This document shows, one piece after another, positions 58,409-64,000 of a stretch of DNA of 64,000 nt. Both the position numbers and the translations under genes were made by a program. The DNA comes from a virus (lineage: Duplodnaviria > Caudoviricetes). Numbering within the stretch: position 1 is the stretch's first letter; every line of letters starts with the position of its first letter. Location of the stretch: IMG/VR virus record IMGVR_UViG_3300025121_000013; one strand, written 5' to 3'. The notes beneath the pieces were generated by a model that saw nothing but the letters and a program-made list of their open reading frames with translations, was not told where the DNA came from and made no database searches.

Positions 58409-59141
58409 ATGTTCTTAAAAATCATGGATCTATATAACAATACTGAAATATTTTTTATATATTATCTTACCACATTTTTGATTTGTTGTGGGTGGATAGT
58501 TTATGGTTATTTATTTTTATTAATTTGGAATTATTTTTTTGTAAATAAAAGTGTTATTAAATTTGTGATAGGGGTATTTTTAACTTCTATATATTTATTG
58601 TCCATAATTTTAGGAATAATTTTTTCACCAGTTATTTTTGAAACTGTAAAATTTTCCTTAGAAAATACTTTAATATAAAGGATTGAAAAATGCCTCTTTT
58701 TTTAGTTTTGGGACTTTTCTTAAGTAGTATTTTATCATTTTGCATAGTTTTAAAAATGGCTAAAATGGAGAAGATAAAGTTTCCTGAAAACAATTGGCAT
58801 GTAGTTCTGTATATTTCATTTTTATTTATGAGCATTTTATATTTTATTATTGCTGTGATTAGTTCTCTATTTCTATTTTTAAATTTTCTTTTGACGGGAA
58901 TCTAGAATTCTAAAGGAGTTGAGAAATGTCTATATTGGTGTTATTATTATTTATAGTTTTGGGGGTTGTTTTAGGAATTATCTCATTTTATCTATTTGAT
59001 ATATTTCACGATCCTGAACATATAATGGACTTAACTTTAAAATATATTTTTCTAATTTCATTTTTCATTTCTTGTGGAATTGTGATAGCCTCTTTCGGAA
59101 AAATATGTTTCAGAATTTTTGAAGCGATCTTTTTGATTTGA
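58409..59141 (+). CDS. Three small 2-TM membrane proteins (58409-58678, 58690-58905, 58926-59141)
   Basis: Highly hydrophobic; AAGG/AGGA RBSs. Confidence 0.55.
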
Positions 59142-59345
59142 TGGGAATGTTTTGAAATGAAGAAACTGAAAAGTCCCAATTCTTCTCAAGAAAAATCTCT
59201 ACCTGAAGATAAATCTTTAGTTGTATGTCGTGAAAATCATTTAGATAAACACATCATTCGTCAAATTCCTCTTTCTATTTGGGATAAATCAAAAAATAAC
59301 AAAGTTCCTAAATCACTCGATAAAAGAGATAAGAAAGGAAATTCT

Positions 59346-59642
59346 ATGCTCAGTATTAAGGAATGGCAAAAAGAAATCCATCAATGTGCTAAGGATCATG
59401 GATGGTGGGAGACAGAAAGAAATTTTCCAGAAATGCTTTGTTTAATTCATAGTGAAATATCTGAAGCTTTAGAGGGTTATATAAAAGGAGACGATGAAAA
59501 TATTAAGGAAGAATTAGCCGATGCAGTGATTAGAATTTTAGATTTGTGTGAACATATGGGGTTTGATTTAGAATTAGAAATTTCAAAGAAACATACGTAT
59601 AATCTAACTCGTCCTTATAGGCATGGCGGAAAAAAATGTTAA
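59346..59642 (+). CDS. MazG-like NTP pyrophosphohydrolase; start reassigned to 59346
   Basis: GWW, LIHSEISEALE, EELAD..IR..D and YN..RPYRHG; AAAGGA RBS. Confidence 0.85.
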   Translation: MLSIKEWQKEIHQCAKDHGWWETERNFPEMLCLIHSEISEALEGYIKGDDENIKEELADAVIRILDLCEHMGFDLELEISKKHTYNLTRPYRHGGKKC

Positions 59643-59893
59643 CTTTTCCATACATTTGTGAAATGTTAATTGATCAAAATAAATATATCGGTGAAGATCC
59701 AATTGGTCATAGCTGTTCAAATAAAGCGCGGTTTACAAAAGATGGTTATTTAATATGTGAAAAATGTTTAATGATTTTAGAGAATGAACCTGAGAGAATT
59801 ACTTTTCCAAAATGTGGGCATGGAAAAGAATTTCAAGATGAAATAATTAGAAATGCTTTGATAGAAATCCAAAGGACTTTTTCTTATGATTAA
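59636..59893 (+). CDS. Small Cys-rich hypothetical protein
   Basis: C..., C and CEKC motifs. Confidence 0.5.
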   Translation: MLTFPYICEMLIDQNKYIGEDPIGHSCSNKARFTKDGYLICEKCLMILENEPERITFPKCGHGKEFQDEIIRNALIEIQRTFSYD

Positions 59894-60359
59894 AATTTAT
59901 ACTGATGGGGCTTGTTATAGAAACCCAGGGCCTTCTGGTTGTGCTTGTATGATAATTCAAGATAATTTCATTTTTGAATTCTCAAAATACTTGGGATTTA
60001 AAACAAACAATTTTGCCGAATTAGCAGCCATTGAATTAGCTTTAAAAAACGTTAGAGATAAAGATTTGAAAGTTACATTGTATTCAGATAGTGAATATGC
60101 GATTAATATCTTAACAAAAGATTGGAAAATTAAAAAACATGTTGAATTTATAAATAATATAAAAAGTCTAATTGGAGAATTTAAAGATTTATCATTTGAA
60201 TGGGTCAAAGCCCATAATGGACATCCAGAAAATGAAAAGGTAGATCAGCTTTGTAAAGATAGTATTAATAATAAGAAAAAAGGAACATATACCGAAAGAG
60301 TTTATATAATTCAAGAAAATAGTATTCCATCTTTGATTATGGAAAGCACTTTTTTTTAA
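59886..60359 (+). CDS. rnhA: Ribonuclease HI
   Basis: YTDGAC..NPGP.G, TNN.AEL.A, YSDSEY and WVKAH.G...NE.VD. Confidence 0.93.
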   Translation: MIKIYTDGACYRNPGPSGCACMIIQDNFIFEFSKYLGFKTNNFAELAAIELALKNVRDKDLKVTLYSDSEYAINILTKDWKIKKHVEFINNIKSLIGEFKDLSFEWVKAHNGHPENEKVDQLCKDSINNKKKGTYTERVYIIQENSIPSLIMESTFF

Positions 60360-60375
60360 AAAGGAAAAAGAAAGA

Positions 60376-61159
60376 ATGTCGATTGTTGATTATTACAATT
60401 CTTGTGATGATTGTAATTTAAAAAGAACTATTAAAAAATTAACTGATGAGATTGATTTTTTAAGATGCAAAAATAGAGTTTCATTGATTGTTTGTGATAT
60501 GATTAAAGATAAAGAACATAATCCATTCATTTGTGATGGAAAAGCGTCTAGACCCTTTTGGTGTCCAAGGAAAGGACTTTTAAATGTCAACAATGGTTTG
60601 GGTTGATACATTGAATTATAAGACATTTCTTAAATTTGTTAAAAGAGGAGAATTAAAATTTGTTCCTGATGATTATCATATTTTAAATAATCACAGATGC
60701 CCAAATCATTCTTGTAGAACTGAGATCGTTTTTCTTCATGGTAGATTTGAAGATAAACGCGAAGTTCATGTTTTTCAGCATGGTGATAAATTAGCAGAGA
60801 AATTTGTATTTTATGATGATGAGTACAGAGATGAAATTAGAAGAGGATATAAAACTTGTTTTAACTGCAAAGATGAAATACATTATAGAATTGTAAATAA
60901 CCCACAATCTAGCCATGATCTACCTTTTAAGATAGAAACTAGGGTTTTGCCTAATAAGAATTCATTGAAAATTGATTTTGAAAAAGATCCCATTATTAAT
61001 TACCAGAATATAAAATGTATATTTTGTGATCTAGAATTAAAAAAGAGTCAGATAAAAGAAATAAAAAATAAAAAGGCAACCGATGATAATAAAATTAAAT
61101 TAACTAAATATAGTTGTGAAATTTGTAAACAGGAATATATAAGGACAGATTTGATATGA
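60376..61159 (+). CDS. Two Cys-rich hypothetical ORFs (60376-60606, 60584-61159)
   Basis: Multiple CxxC motifs. Confidence 0.55.
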
Positions 61160-61536
61160 GCTCGACAATCATCGCTGGATCAAGAAATATTCAAGATTAT
61201 GAATTAGTCAAATATGCAATCGAAATCTCTAACCTTCAAATCGATCAAATTATTTCTGGAGGGGCAAAAGGTGTTGATATTTTAGGTGAAAGATATGCTA
61301 AAGAAAATAATATTCCTTTTAAGAGATATCCAGCTAATTGGGGTAGAGATGGAAAAAGAGCTGGATTTTTAAGAAATCAAAAAATGGCTGAAAACGCTGA
61401 TACTTTAATTGCTATATGGGATGGAGAATCAAAAGGGACAGAACATATGATTTCAATCATGAGAAAAATGAATAAGAAAATTTTTATATTCAACATGAAG
61501 AATATAGATTTAAAACCAGATATGTTTTTTGATTGA
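61156..61536 (+). CDS. SLOG-family protein (YspA/DUF2493-like)
   Basis: IIAGSR, ISGGAKGVD, AG..RN..MA and WDG.SKGT..MI. Confidence 0.85.
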   Translation: MSSTIIAGSRNIQDYELVKYAIEISNLQIDQIISGGAKGVDILGERYAKENNIPFKRYPANWGRDGKRAGFLRNQKMAENADTLIAIWDGESKGTEHMISIMRKMNKKIFIFNMKNIDLKPDMFFD

Positions 61537-61741
61537 TAAGAGGATAAATATAAAATGAATAAAATAAAAATTCATTTAAAAGAAATAAAGAAAGATACTA
61601 AATTATGTTTTGAATGTAATGAAGATATAAATATCAATGATATTGATTTTAGAGATGAAGAATCTGCAAGAAAAACTTTTTTAGATGTGTTCAGTGATAA
61701 ATTAATATCTAAGCAATAAAAGTTAGAAAGGCTTACTATCA

Positions 61742-62434
61742 ATGTCAGACGCTCAGGAAAGAAAAGATATCTATAAGGTACTTAGTATACTAAAAGATAG
61801 CCAATACTGTATAGAGGATTTTAAACGGAATGAGAATGGTAAACAATTTTTATTTGAAATAGAACAAAGAGTGAAATTGAATATTTCTGAAAATTTGAAT
61901 ATTGTTGAAAAACTAAAATTGATTAATTATGACATAATCAATTTATCATTCAATATTGTTAAAACTATAATTCAAGGAAAGAAGATTTTGATTTTTGGTA
62001 ATGGTGGTAGTGCATCAGATTCTCAACATTTTGCTGCAGAAATGGTAAATAGATTTAAATACAATCGACATTCGTATCCAGCGATTTCTCTAAATACCGA
62101 TACATCAATTATAACAAGTATTTCAAATGATTTTGGATATGAATATATTTTTAAGAGACAGATAGAATGTTTAGGAAATCAAGGAGATATGGCGATAGGA
62201 ATCTCGACAAGCGGAAATTCTAAAAATGTTATATTAGGGTTAAAAGAAGCTTTTAAAAATGGTTTATGCACTGTTTCTTTTATAGGGAAAAATAATTCTT
62301 TTGTTAAAGAATTTTCAGAAATTGTTATCTCTGTTGATAGTGATGATACTCCAAGGATTCAAGAATGTCACATTCTAATAATTCATATAATATGTGATCT
62401 TGTTGAAAGGATCATGGAAGGGATAGACTTTTAA
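61742..62434 (+). CDS. gmhA: Phosphoheptose isomerase (with N-terminal extension)
   Basis: FGNGGSASDSQHFAAE, ND.GY..IF.RQ, GISTSGNS.NV and TPRIQE.H....H..C. Confidence 0.92.
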   Translation: MSDAQERKDIYKVLSILKDSQYCIEDFKRNENGKQFLFEIEQRVKLNISENLNIVEKLKLINYDIINLSFNIVKTIIQGKKILIFGNGGSASDSQHFAAEMVNRFKYNRHSYPAISLNTDTSIITSISNDFGYEYIFKRQIECLGNQGDMAIGISTSGNSKNVILGLKEAFKNGLCTVSFIGKNNSFVKEFSEIVISVDSDDTPRIQECHILIIHIICDLVERIMEGIDF

Positions 62435-62436
62435 AA

Positions 62437-63007
62437 ATGAACTTAGGAATTATTCTAAACGAAGATAACAAAATCATTAATCATAGATCATTATTTAAAG
62501 TTCTCTTTAATCCTTTTTTTAGAACAATGGGGTTCGAAGTCGCAACTATAGGAGATGATAAAAGACTGTATAAAAGAGTGATTCAACGTTGTAAAAAAAG
62601 AAAATTAAAATTTCATTTTCATTATGATATGTCTAGAAAAACAAGAATTTTAAAAAGTCGAATCTTTTAGCTATAACTTTAACAATCTTTTAATATAAGG
62701 AAGGGTTTTAAAAATGAAAAGAGATCTTATAAAAAGATATTATCATCTATCAAAAATATATCCAATTTTCTTTTGGAAAGAATGTTCTTCTTGTAATAAA
62801 GAATTTAGGAGAGAATGGGGATGGAAAGTTAAAGTTGAGATGAATAAAATATATTTATGTAAAACATGTGCTGAAACAGAAAATGAAGTTTATAATTTTG
62901 TACAAAAATCCTTAAGACCACAATTACCAAAGTCAACTGTTCCAAACATATCCTTGATTCCCCCTCCGCCTCCAAGAAGTTGGAGTTATGAAGATTTAAG
63001 ACAATGA
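62437..63007 (+). CDS. Two hypothetical ORFs (62437-62670, 62714-63007)
   Basis: Co-oriented; the second has CxxC pairs and a Pro-rich tail. Confidence 0.5.
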
Positions 63008-63380
63008 AATAAAATCCAAAGAAGAGGAGAGGAAGAATCTCAATATTAAAATTTTTAGATTGACATAGATATCCTACAGGTTTGGGCATAAACTTCATTT
63101 TCATCAAAAAACGATGAAAAAATGGGTATAGATCTAATCTTAAGACAATTTTTAAAAATTGCTAAAATTTTTTAAAGTTGATAGGGAGCAACCTACATAG
63201 AAAGGAGAAATAAAAATGAATCTTGTCAGATCTATTGCTTTTATTTTCTTTTCAGCAATTGAAAAAATCAGATATGGGATTTGGGTACTTAAAGGAAGGA
63301 AAGGAAAGAAACCTGTTCCTTTTATCTCTTTATAAGAAAGGAATATTTCTTTGACTATCATTAGTAATTTTTGGAGAAAA

Positions 63381-63716
63381 ATGATGAAGAAAAATATTGA
63401 GATTATATTTGTAGACAAAGAAAAAATATTTCCTAATTATGGCCGTACAAAGATCTTTCCTAATTATGCTAGAATCATGATAAGAAATGACTTATCAAAT
63501 ATTGTTACAAAAAGTGTTTTGAAACATGAGCAAATTCATGCTAATAGATTATTAAAAGGGGAAGATACAGAAAATATTTTGTGGGAAGAAATTATTGCTA
63601 ATTGGGAATCTTTTAAATTTTTTCCTTTAGGATGGATTATATGTCTTTTATCTACAATGACAGATAAAGATCGTTTGATTTGGTATTTGAACAAATATCT
63701 ATTAAATAAAAAATAA
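63381..63716 (+). CDS. Putative zincin-like protein (HExxH)
   Basis: VLKHEQIHA...EE..A. Confidence 0.45.
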   Translation: MMKKNIEIIFVDKEKIFPNYGRTKIFPNYARIMIRNDLSNIVTKSVLKHEQIHANRLLKGEDTENILWEEIIANWESFKFFPLGWIICLLSTMTDKDRLIWYLNKYLLNKK

Positions 63717-63773
63717 TGGGGTAGAGAAGACAGAATAATCAACAATATGATTAAAAAATGAAAGATTGATAAA

Positions 63774-64000
63774 ATGACAAGAACAGGAAAATTTCTAAGA
63801 TTTTTAGAAGAGACTAATGTTCTTCAAAAAGGAGAATTTCTTTTAAAAGATGGTTCTAAATCTAATAAATTTTTTAATTTTGGAAATATTAAAAATGGAA
63901 GAGATTTAATAGAATTAGGAAAGTTCTATTCTGATTATATTTATTTAAAAAAGATTTATGAAAAAATAGATTTTATTTTTGGGCCATCATATAAAGGAAT
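63774..64000 (+). CDS. pyrE: Orotate phosphoribosyltransferase (partial; runs off the window)
   Basis: GEF.LK.G..S..FFN.G ... IFGPSYKG. Confidence 0.8.
   Translation, partial: MTRTGKFLRFLEETNVLQKGEFLLKDGSKSNKFFNFGNIKNGRDLIELGKFYSDYIYLKKIYEKIDFIFGPSYKG

Noticed and set aside
59157-59345. N-terminal extension of the MazG-like ORF
   Set aside because: Homology and a strong RBS begin at ATG 59346; the upstream part may be non-coding or a separate peptide.
5411-59900. Remaining short antisense ORFs nested in long genes (for example 5411-5704, 9204-9407, 9942-10154, 13593-14051, 26768-27154, 48923-49150)
   Set aside because: Fully overlap well-supported genes on the opposite strand and have no RBS or recognisable motif.
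63152-63418. Minus-strand 88-aa ORF
   Set aside because: The plus strand has an AAAGGAG-led short ORF (MNLVRSIAF...) and all flanking genes are on +.
1-64000. Genome-wide stop-codon reassignment (TAG or TGA)
   Set aside because: Long core genes are uninterrupted under the standard code; TAG and TGA end genes directly before the next start, including ATGA/GTGA overlaps. Only one suspicious TGA (29715) was seen.
1-64000. CRISPR array, rRNA, integrase or transposase
   Set aside because: No regularly spaced repeats, rRNA-like sequence or recombinase motifs were seen by eye.

Overview
AT-rich segment of a large T4-like (myovirus-type, probably jumbo) bacteriophage genome. Stop codons appear to follow the standard code. 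The host is probably Gram-negative, given spanin-like genes, gmhA and Shine-Dalgarno-type RBSs. There are three blocks. (1) 1-15.7 kb, + strand: bS21, GroES, vWA, a ThyA-family enzyme, a queuosine-salvage hydrolase beside a TGT/DpdA-fold protein, a DnaB/gp41 helicase, and the head module (portal with an HNH intein, prohead protease, major capsid). (2) 15.7-38.6 kb, - strand accessory block: 8 tRNAs including tRNA-Arg(UCU) split by a group I intron, a tmRNA followed by two unusual tRNA-like RNAs, Pth2, a Ser/Thr phosphatase, a TAXI-like binding protein, an operon of AAA ATPase / J-domain pseudokinase / vWA / mini pyruvate kinase / divergent PurA, a TelA-like gene and a PRTase. (3) 38.7-64 kb, + strand: tail-fibre and virion genes, a lysis cassette with a nearby REC-PAS-PAS gene, a metallophosphoesterase, ATP-grasp, MazG-like, RNase H, SLOG, GmhA and a partial PyrE. 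The best candidates for undescribed biology are the queuine-salvage/transglycosylase pair, the divergent PurA plus mini-PK operon, the intron-split tRNA, the tmRNA-linked tRNA-like RNAs and the receiver/PAS protein beside the lysis genes. All protein calls are from motif recognition by eye; no database search or folding program was run.
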